A DNA stretch of 64,000 nucleotides, taken from the NCBI GenBank assembly GCA_965219095.1, contig OZ244719.1:384001-448000 (forward strand). The letters run 5' to 3'. A program made the translations under genes and the position numbers. Source of the DNA: Bdellovibrionales bacterium. GTDB taxonomy: Bacteria > Bdellovibrionota > Bdellovibrionia > Bdellovibrionales > UBA1609. The notes under the pieces were generated by a model. It did no database searches, was not told where the DNA came from, and worked only from the letters and a program-made list of their open reading frames with translations. This document shows, in pieces, positions 52,542-63,353 of this stretch (position 1 is the stretch's first letter; every line of letters starts with the position of its first letter).

Positions 52542-53639
52542 TTATCTGCTCCTTTCTGTCATCCATAACATTTTTTTGCAATATTCAACTTCTTGTATAG
52601 CATTATTTCCAGCAAAACAATACGAAAAAAGGGCTTTTCTTCCGGGGACTGGATTTCCTAATACATCCCATTTTCGACTTGCCCATCTTGGAATAGGCGA
52701 AAAAAAGTCTATTATTATCTTATCTTGAGAAATATTCTCGATACTAAATACTTGTGGATGCTCATTTAAATAGTCTAAAGCCATTTGGATTCTCCATGCT
52801 TCATCACATCCCCTCTGATATTGAAATGAAAAGGGCAGATCTTTTCTTTTCATTCCCCCATCTTTAACCTTTATATAACTCCATATGAAGTTTCCATACT
52901 TTCTTTTTCTTCGAGCAATAAATTTTCCACTAATAGAGGGTTTTAACTTTTTCCAACGACTTTTATAAAAATCAACTTTTGATTCTATATCGATAATTTC
53001 AACATCTTCTGTAATAGGGTCTTTAGGCATTTTTTCTATTTCTCTATCTATCTTTTTTAAGAAATCTTTTGGATGTTCTTTTTGGGGAGATTTTAGCCAA
53101 TATGTACAGGGGAACTCTTGTAAACCACTTTCTTTTATCGAGCCTATTTCCTTTTCTGATAAGTTTGTCAGTTTGCGAACATGATTTATAAATTCGATTT
53201 TAGAAATCAATGAATGTGGCAAGGGAGGAAATCCTTCAGGAACAATTCCTAATAGAAGAACAACAGTGTTATTAATCCTTACAAAAGCTGGTGAACTTCC
53301 GTATAGAACTTTTCGTGAAGCATCTTCTCTACTACTTTGCTCTAATAGATCTCCATAAGAAATCATAGAATCTACAATATCAGAAATTTTGTTCAACTCA
53401 CTCTCTGGTATAAGTTCTTTCAATAAGGATTCGGAAAAATCATTTAACTCCTTAGTAGAGCAAGGACACTTAAAACCTGAGACTTTTCTTATCACTCCCG
53501 CAATTCCTTCTACAGAGGAAAGGTTTAAAGATTCAGAATCTAGTCGTAGATTTTCAATAGTAATCTTATTTGCTTTTTCAATAGTTATCTCTCTAAACAT
53601 CCTAATCTCTCCTAAAATGTTCCATAAAATCTGATTCAT
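52542..53639 (-). CDS. Druantia DruD-like protein
   Basis: Size and position directly upstream of druE in the operon. Confidence 0.55.
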   Translation of the reverse strand: MNQILWNILGEIRMFREITIEKANKITIENLRLDSESLNLSSVEGIAGVIRKVSGFKCPCSTKELNDFSESLLKELIPESELNKISDIVDSMISYGDLLEQSSREDASRKVLYGSSPAFVRINNTVVLLLGIVPEGFPPLPHSLISKIEFINHVRKLTNLSEKEIGSIKESGLQEFPCTYWLKSPQKEHPKDFLKKIDREIEKMPKDPITEDVEIIDIESKVDFYKSRWKKLKPSISGKFIARRKRKYGNFIWSYIKVKDGGMKRKDLPFSFQYQRGCDEAWRIQMALDYLNEHPQVFSIENISQDKIIIDFFSPIPRWASRKWDVLGNPVPGRKALFSYCFAGNNAIQEVEYCKKMLWMTERSR

Positions 53640-56448
53640 GTTCCTTTAGTTTTCTCACAGAAAGAAACAAGTATCTAGCGAGCAATGGTATTGCTGGCCG
53701 TTGAATAAAAATATCCAAAAATTCCTTTATCCTCTTATTATTACATGCCTCTTTCGAAGAGGATGCTAGTTGCAAGCATATCTTTGAAAGTGAAAGTAAA
53801 TCTTCAAAGGTCATTTTTGGGATAAGTTTGAAAGACTTAAACTTACCAGCAAGCCAAAAATCTATACAGGAAGGGTGTTTGTTTAAGAGATCTTCTTTAA
53901 AGGTTTTTTTAATAGACACAGCTATTCCTCTGCATCTCCATTCTGGCTTTATTAATTCTTCAAACATTTTCTTAAGATTTATTTTTTTCTTTACTTCAAT
54001 TGAACGCCAAGTATCTCCGCCAATTGTTGAAAAAAAAGCCTTTGTAAGTTCAGATATCACATGCAACTTACCTTGTTCATCTAATATTCCTCCCTGAGTA
54101 GAAGAATGCCATAATTTCAGCAAATCTATAATTTCATTCAACTGACCTATATCATAGATTTTTAATTTTATAGGTTGCTTGGACGAGAGCTGTTTAAAGG
54201 AATTGAGTAGTTTTCTTTGAGATTTTTTGATAAATTCAACGCACCTACTAGACTCTATTTCAGCCAAAAACAAACCAGATTCCTTTATTTCAAAACCATC
54301 TATAACTTGCTTATAATCTAGCTCTCTTAAAGAATCAGGTGTCTTCAAGGGATAATATAGCACATTAGGTTCTTCCATTGAATCTGTATCGTCTATCAAT
54401 TTTAAATAAGTTTTTTTCTTGCTTTTCTCAAAACTCCATCTCAACGCTGATTCTTCTCGTTCAAAAACTATTGACTTATCTCCAGATTCTTCACAATCAA
54501 AAATAAGCTTACAAGAATAGGACTCTGTGAGTTTTTTATAATTTGCTTCTTTGATAATATGATTTTTAAACAAACAGTTCCACTTATATGAATCTATTGG
54601 GAGTTCAAAAGAAAATTCTTCACTAAAAAATGATTTTGCTTTGCGATTCTTCTCATAAAAGATAGCCTTTGTGGTAACTTTTAGTCCATAAGGGCCACTT
54701 ATAAATAATTTAATTTTTGAATCCATTAAATCCTCATAACTTGGATGAATAGGAGAAAAATCTATGATTAAAGGATTGCATAAACTAACTCTGCTATCTG
54801 AAATCTGAGGTTCTCTAATCAACATATTAATTTTAGATTCAACATTGTTCAAATTTGAAATTTTTGACTGAGAAGAAAAGATCATAGAGTAAACTCCAGA
54901 CGGCAGACTAGGAAGTTGAACAAACTTTATTTTATTTTCTTTAAGTGATATGAACAATTTTTTTCTTTGTAGTTTAACATCGACACCTTCTACTTTGTCA
55001 CTTGCTCTTATAGCTAAAATAGGAATGTCTGTTGTTAGCCACTCAATTGAGTCGTCTTCATCCCATTGAGAAGGTGAAATACCGGATGGCCATACATCAA
55101 AGAAACTAACATTACATAACCCTAAACTAGCTAACTCTGAATCATTAAATGGAATTCTTCCTTGAGAATCAACTTCAAACTTTATGCCTTGTATTCCTGC
55201 AAAATCAAGGAGCACCTCTGTTCCTTTGTCTTTCATGCTCTCAATGCTCTTGGAAATTAATATGTACTGAGAATTTGCCCTTAAATGGCCATGTATGATG
55301 TGCTGTCCGATTCCATTTTTTTGTAATTTAAATAAGTGAAAATCTTTATTAACGTTAACTGCTATTTTCTTATACAAATCCTCTACTTTTGTATTATCAC
55401 AATCAATAGGATTAAAAAGAAGAATATCTTTATTTGGCCACTCATTTAATTTAAAGCCTCTGGGACTCAGAAGGTTTTTAGAGCGTTGAGGATAGTCAGG
55501 CTTACCTCGAATATAAAAATCATATTTCAAAAATTCACTTTTTAGTTCTTGAAAGCAAGAGAAGTATCGACTAAGATTTAGAGTTCGAACATATAGTTTA
55601 TACATTAACTTGTTTTCTATTGATGGCTTTAAATATAGTTGTAATTTTAAGTTAGGCGTACAAATCACATTTTTTGTCTTTTCCGTTGTTTCTGTTTGAC
55701 GTTTTCTGGAAAACCGGTGAATTTTATCGCTAATGTCTTTAAGCTGAATTCTTGAAGATTCTCTTTTTTCTAAGTCTTTAACGATTCTTTCAAAGGCTGT
55801 TTCAGATAGTTTTGTTTCACCGCTATTTTGAGCTTTAGCTTTAAGTGCAGACACAAATTGCCATACAAGAGAACTGTTGCTCAAGAAATTCTTAAATCTA
55901 GAGGTTAAATTAATAGATTGGGATTTTATTTCAGAAGCCAGAAGTTCTTTATTTTCAAAATGTTCATCTTTTAAAGAAAATCTTAGTTTATATAAAGACT
56001 CTATGAAGTGTCTTTGTATATCTAGAGGAAGAACTGAATTTGTAACTGGCCATGATATGACAGTAAAATTTTTTGCCCATTTTCCAGATGGAGTAATTCC
56101 GTGATATTGGTCTCTAAATTTTTCAAAACACTTGCGAAGTTCAACTCTTTGTTTCTTTCCAGATTTTTCCCAGTTTGGTATTTTCTTTTCAAACGTTTGC
56201 CAATATTCGTCTCCTTTGAAAGAATACCCTATTTCTGTAGCTACTACTACCAATAAAAGCCAATATCTTTCTATATCTATTTTTCCTAAACATTGATTTA
56301 CAAGGTGAAAAAGACTTTTTATCTCATCCTCTGTAAGTTCATGCTCAATTGCAAAAACTCTATCGCCATTACTAATTTTTCTATTTTCTTTGAGGATAGA
56401 AAACTTATGTTCTAGCTTCTCTTGAAATGCTTTTACACTTTGTTCCAA
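53602..56448 (-). CDS. Druantia accessory protein (possible DruB-DruC fusion)
   Basis: 948 aa between druA and the druD-like gene. Confidence 0.5.
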   Translation of the reverse strand: MEQSVKAFQEKLEHKFSILKENRKISNGDRVFAIEHELTEDEIKSLFHLVNQCLGKIDIERYWLLLVVVATEIGYSFKGDEYWQTFEKKIPNWEKSGKKQRVELRKCFEKFRDQYHGITPSGKWAKNFTVISWPVTNSVLPLDIQRHFIESLYKLRFSLKDEHFENKELLASEIKSQSINLTSRFKNFLSNSSLVWQFVSALKAKAQNSGETKLSETAFERIVKDLEKRESSRIQLKDISDKIHRFSRKRQTETTEKTKNVICTPNLKLQLYLKPSIENKLMYKLYVRTLNLSRYFSCFQELKSEFLKYDFYIRGKPDYPQRSKNLLSPRGFKLNEWPNKDILLFNPIDCDNTKVEDLYKKIAVNVNKDFHLFKLQKNGIGQHIIHGHLRANSQYILISKSIESMKDKGTEVLLDFAGIQGIKFEVDSQGRIPFNDSELASLGLCNVSFFDVWPSGISPSQWDEDDSIEWLTTDIPILAIRASDKVEGVDVKLQRKKLFISLKENKIKFVQLPSLPSGVYSMIFSSQSKISNLNNVESKINMLIREPQISDSRVSLCNPLIIDFSPIHPSYEDLMDSKIKLFISGPYGLKVTTKAIFYEKNRKAKSFFSEEFSFELPIDSYKWNCLFKNHIIKEANYKKLTESYSCKLIFDCEESGDKSIVFEREESALRWSFEKSKKKTYLKLIDDTDSMEEPNVLYYPLKTPDSLRELDYKQVIDGFEIKESGLFLAEIESSRCVEFIKKSQRKLLNSFKQLSSKQPIKLKIYDIGQLNEIIDLLKLWHSSTQGGILDEQGKLHVISELTKAFFSTIGGDTWRSIEVKKKINLKKMFEELIKPEWRCRGIAVSIKKTFKEDLLNKHPSCIDFWLAGKFKSFKLIPKMTFEDLLSLSKICLQLASSSKEACNNKRIKEFLDIFIQRPAIPLLARYLFLSVRKLKEHESDFMEHFRRD

Positions 56449-56468
56449 ATTTAAATTCCTTTCTGTTG

Positions 56469-57710
56469 CTACTTTGTAAAGGTTTGATTTTTTTTAACAG
56501 TGGTTTTTTCAGGGAATCCTGCCTTCATGTAATTTAACGAGATATTTATTTTGTGCGAATAAGGATTTAAGATCTTAGAAATATCTTCCTTTTTCCAATC
56601 AACAAAGCCTGGATTTCTTTTAGAGCGAGGAAGCATCCAGCGCTCTAATGCTAATTCTCCAATTTCTTTTACAGATCTCAGTTTTATGTTGTTGGGAGTT
56701 TTCGATTTTCCTGATAGCAGATTAGTATAGTTCTTTACAAACTTACAAATATAAACTTCTCTAAAAACACCGTGTTTGAGCAAGTCTGAATCTAAGTTCA
56801 TATTTTGAAAAGCCACTTTGGTTGCCCTCATCCTCCAGTTTGGACCACTTCCAAATTGATGTCCATTAGCATAAGGATGTTTTACAACAGAAAGATATTC
56901 TCGAATATCTGCAAACAATGAATTTGGAATATGAAAGTGACCCCATCCTTTTGTATATCCAATAGGTTCAAAATAAGTATGCCCCATAAGTTTTAATCTA
57001 TTATATACTGATGATTTGCCCAGAGCTGATGAAGTTGTAACGAGAGCTAGCATTGGATTCTTCTTTTTCCTTGAAATAACTCCCTTTGTGTTTTCATATT
57101 TTTTTCCAAATGCTTTTTTAATCTCTTTTGATTTGATTAAGCAAGCTATTGTTTTTCCACCAAGTAAAAAATTATAAGGAGGAACAGCTCCCAAAATATA
57201 AGCATCCATGCAATTTACTAGTCTTTGTTCTCTATCTTTCACATTCCAGCCAATATATTCATCCCTTATGTTAGAGTTAAATACAGGATCTCCAAGAGCT
57301 ATAATGCCCATTATTTTGTTATTAAAATCATCCCATACAATAAATCGCATTCTCCTTCCATAGCCTCTAGATACGGGGACACTCCAAGTAAGTCCTGCGA
57401 TGCGAAACAAATCCGATTGCCATGAGTTTCCTTTGATTAATTCTAATCGAGGCAATATCTTTTCAGGATTTATATCTTTTCCGGATGCAAAAAAACCAGA
57501 TAAAGCATCATACTTTTTTTCTAAAAAAACCCTTTCGTTATTTAGTAAGTCTATTCTTTGAACTCTATGAAGGTTTCTTATTATTATTTTCTCATTGTTT
57601 ATGGAACGTGAAGTTCTGTTAAGATTTTTTCTAAATCCTATTTTTTTTAGATGTCTAGTTAATCTGCACTTTATACTCCTCTCTAGGGAGAGGATTTTTT
57701 TCTTCCTCAT
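56469..57710 (-). CDS. druA: Druantia DruA (DUF4338)
   Basis: WSVPVSRGYGRR, GAVPPYNFLLGGK, TTSSALGKSSVYNR, GYTKGWGHFH. Confidence 0.85.
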   Translation of the reverse strand: MRKKKILSLERSIKCRLTRHLKKIGFRKNLNRTSRSINNEKIIIRNLHRVQRIDLLNNERVFLEKKYDALSGFFASGKDINPEKILPRLELIKGNSWQSDLFRIAGLTWSVPVSRGYGRRMRFIVWDDFNNKIMGIIALGDPVFNSNIRDEYIGWNVKDREQRLVNCMDAYILGAVPPYNFLLGGKTIACLIKSKEIKKAFGKKYENTKGVISRKKKNPMLALVTTSSALGKSSVYNRLKLMGHTYFEPIGYTKGWGHFHIPNSLFADIREYLSVVKHPYANGHQFGSGPNWRMRATKVAFQNMNLDSDLLKHGVFREVYICKFVKNYTNLLSGKSKTPNNIKLRSVKEIGELALERWMLPRSKRNPGFVDWKKEDISKILNPYSHKINISLNYMKAGFPEKTTVKKNQTFTK

Positions 57711-58333
57711 TTTTTTCTTCCTTTTAGTGAGTATTTCCCTTTCTTTTTAAATTTTTTTCTATTTTCAAGAATCTTTCTTGTTTTCTCAACTTCTTGAGTG
57801 AAAAGCTTTACACTTGGAAGCTCTTTCGTGTACTTAGCTGTTAAAATTTTACCTGACATTCCTTCAAGAGCATATTGAACAAGAACATCATTTTTTCCCG
57901 CACATAATATCAATCCTACCGGAGGATTTTCGCCTTTTCTCATCCAGTGTCTTTTAGCATAATTTAAATACACGTTCATTTGTCCCGCATCTGCATGAGT
58001 AAAATTTCCTACTTTTAAGTCAATGATTACAAGACATTTTAAAAATCGATGGTAAAACACTAAATCTACACGAAACCAATGTCCGCCAATTCTTTCATGA
58101 ACATGAAGGGATACACTTGGAACCTCAAAGGAAGTCCACTCAGCTTTACCAGCCCACTGTAGTTGCGGATCTAAATAAGGGTCATACTGATATTTTTTAG
58201 CTTTAACTTTTGGACTTTCTCTTTTAGAAGTCACTCCTCCAACATGGGGATTGTTTTTTCTTTTATTTTTATGTTTATAAATTTCAATAGGCTTTGAAAC
58301 AGCAAGTTTCTTTTTTTTCTTCTTTTTCGCCAT
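57707..58333 (-). pseudogene. chimera: type III-like Mod methyltransferase N-terminus fused to YhcG/DUF1016 PD-(D/E)XK C-terminus
   Basis: YDPYLDPQLQWAGKAE..SFEVPSVSLHVHERI joined to FRVDLVFYHRFLKCLVIIDLK..HADAGQMNVY. Confidence 0.7.
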
Positions 58334-58810
58334 TTTTTAAAGTTCAGCAGACCTTGATGTACTGTGTTCTCCTAAGTAGCTTTCAATAAGATCAATAACA
58401 TCTCTTTTTTGTTTTGCGGTGGCAGATGCTTTTGCTTGCAAAGCTTGTGCCTCAGAGGATTTAAGTCGTTTTAAAATGCCATTGACGGTTGGATTTTCAG
58501 ATTTCCTTGGTTGCATCATAGGCCCTGAAGCATCTATTCTTCTCTTTAAACTCCAAGGCAAGTCTCTATACTTTAATTGAGGCACAGTTTTATTCTAGGT
58601 TGATCTATGTAAAAATTTCAATGCTTATTTCAAAAGTAAAAATTTTGGTTCATAAAAGTCTATTCTCATGTGCATTATTTTAGATGACATCCAAGCTATG
58701 AAAATTAAGAAGGCGATACTAAAATTAAGCATTTATTTACCAGAAAGTTGTTTTGCGTTGCATACAAGCTATCTTATTACTTACCTCAAGTACAACAAGA
58801 TTAGAATGAC

Positions 58811-59054
58811 CCTAAGTATCATAAGACTTCTTCCAGTTACTGATTGTAGAGGAACTGACTTTTGTTTCTTTACAAAATTTAGAACCTCTCTTAAGAGCTT
58901 CTGGGTAGCGGATAAGCTTTTTGTTGGAATTCTTCTCTCGATAAAGCTGTATCTTCTTTTTTAAATTAATCCCCTCTTCCATAAAACCCTCCTTCTAAGA
59001 AAAATTTATAAGAGAAATTTAAGCTTAGATAGGGCGGTCAGATAACCGAGTTAC
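58811..59054 (-). mobile_element. possible IS66 left end with degenerate tnpA
   Basis: GTAACTCGGTTATC terminus, then RBS and ORF containing RYPEALK...STISNWKK. Confidence 0.4.
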
Positions 59055-60483
59055 GTTTTTTGTATTTTTCGGTAACTTTGTACTTTCCTGTTTTAGAAGC
59101 ACCTTCAAAAGCAATTAACCCTTTTTCCCTAAGAATTTTCAAATCTCTAAGAACAGTTCTTCGTGTAATAGTCTGGTTTTTAGCGAATACATCTATCAAA
59201 AATTTATCATTTGCTATTAAATAGAGTATTTTCAATAGGTTATCCAATTTTTTACCTTTAACTCCAAGCTCTGCGATGACATTTGCGGTGACATTTGCGG
59301 TGACATTTGCGGTGACACTATAGTTGCTCTCAGAATACAGAGGCTTTCGGTAGAAGACTATGGTAAAAAACTCATCAAATTTAAACTTAGGTTCTTTCAG
59401 CACAGCCCTTCTTACAAGATTCTTCATATTTCTAATTCCTGTGCCAAACTTTTCGATATATCCAAGTCTTTGCATAAGATCAGCAGTCAGCTTGTTTCTC
59501 AAGACACTTTTTGTTCCAAAATCTTTTTTACTTAAACCTTTAGGAAGCCCTCCAAAATTATAAATCTCTACCCTATCGCTAAAGATTTCAACACTCACAT
59601 TCACTCCTGTATGAAAATAGTCCCTATGAGTTACAGCATTAATAAGAGCTTCTCTTAGTGCTTCCTCTGGAATTTCTAGAATTTCTTCTCTGTCAGGCTT
59701 TCCTCGAACAATTTTATATTCCAAACGAAGATTCTTTTCTAAAAATCTTAGAGCTTCATCTATGTTAGTTCTTAAATCTTTATTGAATCTCCCGCTATCA
59801 ATGATTTTTCCTCTTTCTTTCCCTCTGAATAAAACACAAGCAATTTCAGCATGAGAATGAATTCGTTGTAAGTCCTTAGAGAAAAACAAAGCTCCAGCAT
59901 TATTAAAAATAATTTTTGATCTTTTTTTCTGAATAACTTCTAAATTTTCTAGTAACTGCAATACATTTCTTTTACTGTAGGTTACCTCTGCTTTATCTAA
60001 AAAAGAAAAGAGCTTTTCCTTACTAAAGTGTTTTTTGTAATTAAATTTTTGACAGGGAAGCTTGTCAAAGGCTTCTGCTCCTTCTTTAAGCATATGACTT
60101 CTAATTTCAGAGGTGGTTAGTTTTTGGGAGCTTGAGTCTTTTCGAGTATAGAATCCAGAAGAACACCTGTGCAACCCTCGATTTCCTTTTTTAACTTTCA
60201 CCACTAAAACTTTTTCTCTCTCCAGTTCTTTAATGAAAATAGAAACCTTAGGATCACAGTTTTTTGCAATACTCTCTATTTGGCTCTTTAATCGATTGGT
60301 GATATTAACTCCCTTAACTTTTCCCTTATCTGTTATTCCGATATAAATTTCACCACCCTCTGAGTTGGCGAAAGATACCATTGCTTTGTCTAGACTTGAA
60401 CTCACATTTTCTTTGAACTCGACTTTCTGGTTTTCACCATTTTTTAAAATGGCCTTGAGTTTTTTTGATAGAGAATTTTTCAT
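59038..60483 (-). CDS. AlbA_2 (Schlafen-like) + HATPase_c_4 + HTH ATP-binding protein
   Basis: GENQKVEFKE, FANSEGG.IYIG, ALREALINAVTHRDY, IEKFGTGI. Confidence 0.88.
   Translation of the reverse strand: MKNSLSKKLKAILKNGENQKVEFKENVSSSLDKAMVSFANSEGGEIYIGITDKGKVKGVNITNRLKSQIESIAKNCDPKVSIFIKELEREKVLVVKVKKGNRGLHRCSSGFYTRKDSSSQKLTTSEIRSHMLKEGAEAFDKLPCQKFNYKKHFSKEKLFSFLDKAEVTYSKRNVLQLLENLEVIQKKRSKIIFNNAGALFFSKDLQRIHSHAEIACVLFRGKERGKIIDSGRFNKDLRTNIDEALRFLEKNLRLEYKIVRGKPDREEILEIPEEALREALINAVTHRDYFHTGVNVSVEIFSDRVEIYNFGGLPKGLSKKDFGTKSVLRNKLTADLMQRLGYIEKFGTGIRNMKNLVRRAVLKEPKFKFDEFFTIVFYRKPLYSESNYSVTANVTANVTANVIAELGVKGKKLDNLLKILYLIANDKFLIDVFAKNQTITRRTVLRDLKILREKGLIAFEGASKTGKYKVTEKYKKRNSVI
59277..59317. 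repeat. 12-bp coding tandem repeat, about 3.4 copies (VTAN)
   Basis: TGACATTTGCGG x3 plus TGACA. Confidence 0.9.
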
Positions 60484-60517
60484 TTCACTTCCTTTTAGTT
60501 CTAATTTATTTATAATT

Positions 60518-60810
60518 TTATAATTTTATAAGTTTGTTTGGATCTTTTAGCTCAATTTCAATTAAGCCTTCTTTCTCACCGGATCTTCTAAGTATGCCAA
60601 TTGTGAAGTTCTGCAAGAAACCCCGAAAGCTTCGCCTGCTGGACACAAACTCATAGCAACACTCCTCAAAAAAGTGGTTTTTCCCTGGCCATTGTTTCCA
60701 ATAAAGAGCGTCCAATTTTTCGAGTTCTTTTTGTCATCTTCAAAAGACAATTCAGCCTCTTTAAAGTGCTAATATTCTGAAGTTTTACTTTGCATATTTT
60801 TACCGACATT
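60518..60810 (-). pseudogene. AAA/ABC-type ATPase N-terminal remnant
   Basis: WTLFIGNNGQGKTTFLRSVA Walker A; frameshifted and truncated. Confidence 0.7.
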
Positions 60811-61035
60811 TTTCTACTCTATATAATAGTGCTTCCGTTTAGTTTTCAGTCTCTTCTCCTAAGGGGGAATAGATGGAACATCTATCATCTATCTAAGCGT
60901 TGTCACTATTCATAAATCCTATAAATTTTAAGTCATTTTAAATCTTTAAGTCAACTTAAGTTATCTTGAACCTTTTTTAAATTCATGACGCCCTAAGTTA
61001 GCTCCTCTAAAAATCAATTCAAATTATCTTGAATC

Positions 61036-62567
61036 GTAACTGCTCACTCTCGTAAGTTTTTATTTAAAGCCATAGAGATGGCTTCTAAAGAAGAATACCC
61101 TCTATTTCTCATTGTTTTAACATAGCTGGTAATACGACAAAAATATTTCGCCATTTCTTCTGTTCTGAAACACCCTGACACTTTCTTTTTCACTTTAGTC
61201 ATTCTTAGATCTCTTTCAGCTCTGTTATTAGTAGGATCTACGTTCTTTCTTTTAGCAAAACACAGTATTTCTGCTTCATACTTTTTAAATCGCAGCCAAA
61301 GGTTTTGAGCTTGTGTATGCTTTATTCGTCCTTTCTTGCCATTTTTCTTAGGAAATTCTGGAAGCTCTTTTAAGCCTTTTGTAAGAATACTCCTATACCT
61401 TCTCTGAAGAGTTTCGCACTCTTTTTGAGTCAGAACTCTTGACTCTTTTTTATGAACTAACTCCACAGTCTCTTTAAGAAGTTTTTTGAGATTTGTAGCC
61501 CATTTGAATCCATTGCTTTCTTCTATAAATTTAAGCTCTCTCAAAAGGTGAGCCACACACAAAGCATGAGTTATCTTATCATAACAAAAGTAAGGACTCC
61601 AACAATCATGCACAAGCACTCCTCCATATCTATCCAAGAGACCAATATCTTTTATGGCTTCCCTTCCACCTGAAAGGTGGAGAAACTGCAAGACTAATTC
61701 TCCTGAACTATAAGTATGAATCCAGTAGTTTTTACCCTTAACCCTCATAGAGGTCTCATCAACATGAATGACCTCTGATTCAAGTATCTTTTCTTTCATC
61801 TGCTCTTCCCAACTTTTAAGAAACTCTCCTAATTCAGCAATGTATCTCAACATAACTGCAGGAGAAATCATTCGACCTATAAGCCCCATGTAATGTTCCC
61901 CAACACGTTGAAAAGACAGCATCTGAACTATAATGAAATTGATGATGGAAGCTCTAATGCCTATACCATACTGAAGAGGACCACTCATACCTTTAGGGAA
62001 TTGACCTTTATTTCTAGCTCCACATGAGGGACAATCCTTAACTTCAGAAGTTACAGTATGGGTCTGAATTTCATAAAAAATATCAATCTTTTTACGCTTC
62101 TCAAGGCTTTTTACCTCTGCTGTCTTTAAACACATCCCACACTGAGAACACTCTGAGGGAGAGACAGTCTCCTCACTGTTTGTATCTTTACTGTTATCAA
62201 GTCTAGAGCCCTTTTTCTGACTCCCACTAGCTTTCTTATTACGATTCCCTTGACGACTAAAATCTTGCGAAGGAGGAAGACCGCTGTTGCTGGAATTTTT
62301 TCGAACCTGTTTTTCTAAAAACACAACAATCAGAATGTTCACAACCTTAAAGAGAGATTCAAAAACCACAGAAATCTCAGTAGGCACAGAACCTTTCTTT
62401 GCAAGCTTATCAAAGTCACTTCTTATATTTTCAATCTCATTTCTGATGGAGGTCTTATTTATTGTCATTTGAAAAGAGTATTTAAAAGAAAATCTGTAAG
62501 AACAAGACTTTTATCTTAAAACAGATCTAAAGTTAGGGATAACTGAACAATGTAGGTGAGCAGTTAC
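61036..62567 (-). mobile_element. IS66 element copy 2 (transposase 61044-62468), no TSD
   Basis: Near-identical to 31208-32739, inverted orientation. Confidence 0.93.
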
Positions 62568-62649
62568 GGTTTTTTAGAGAAATTAAAGAAAACAGATCAA
62601 TGTCTTTACTTTATATTATGAATTTGAAAACTGTCTTCTTATTAAAGAA

Positions 62650-62907
62650 TTAAAGTTTTGAAAAAAGTTGTTCAGGCTTTACTTTCAAAACTTTTGCGAT
62701 TCTAAGAATGGTTGTCACATTGACGTTTCTTTTCCCAGCCTCAATAGCTTGCCAGTGCTTCCATGAACGATAGCCACGATCTTCTACTGATTCTAAAGTC
62801 CAGTTTCTTTTTTCTCTAAGCTTTTTTATATTAGAGCCAATTTTTTGAATGCTCTGCCATTCAGATCGCTTGACAGTGTTTTGAATGCCTTTAGGGTTAT
62901 AAGCCAA
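62650..62907 (-). CDS. XRE-family HTH regulator
   Basis: IGSNIKKLREKRNWT..IEAGKRNVNVTTILRIAKVL. Confidence 0.8.
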   Translation of the reverse strand: MAYNPKGIQNTVKRSEWQSIQKIGSNIKKLREKRNWTLESVEDRGYRSWKHWQAIEAGKRNVNVTTILRIAKVLKVKPEQLFSKL

Positions 62908-63038
62908 AGTTTACATCTCCCTGCATTAAATCGTTATATACATATGTAATTACTCTAGACTTTCTATTTTCTTTTAGTTACCATACGGTCGTATGTATTT
63001 GAAAGAAAACCCTAAAAGACTCAAAGACAGTACATCTT

Positions 63039-63353
63039 ATGAAAAAAGAACTTTTAAAGACAATGATAACCTACTGCTTAGGGCGTAAAATTCGAGAGAT
63101 GCGTATTAGGTCAGGGAGATCACAGGAAGAAATTGCTGTTATTCTGAACGTTCCTCTTTCTGATTTAAAAAAATGTGAAAAAGGAATCCTAGGCCTTAAG
63201 CTAGGAGGAAAAGACGTAGTTCAGCTATTAAAGCATCTCAAGCCTAGCTTTGAAGATAGGCTGTTTTTCCAGTCGCTTAGTAGTTTAACTGCAAAAGACT
63301 ATTATAAAAAGTTCAAAAAAAAAGAGAAAACAGAGGACTACAAAGATGAATGA
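63039..63353 (+). CDS. XRE-family HTH protein
   Basis: LGRKIREMRIRSGRSQEEIA..CEKG. Confidence 0.75.
   Translation: MKKELLKTMITYCLGRKIREMRIRSGRSQEEIAVILNVPLSDLKKCEKGILGLKLGGKDVVQLLKHLKPSFEDRLFFQSLSSLTAKDYYKKFKKKEKTEDYKDE

Noticed and set aside
4103..57425. Short antisense or overlapping ORFs (e.g. 5758, 10329, 20616, 23536, 48073, 53828)
   Set aside because: Shadows of well-supported genes with no motifs of their own
59277..59317. 12-bp repeat as a phase-variation switch
   Set aside because: The unit is in frame, and such linker repeats are common in this protein family
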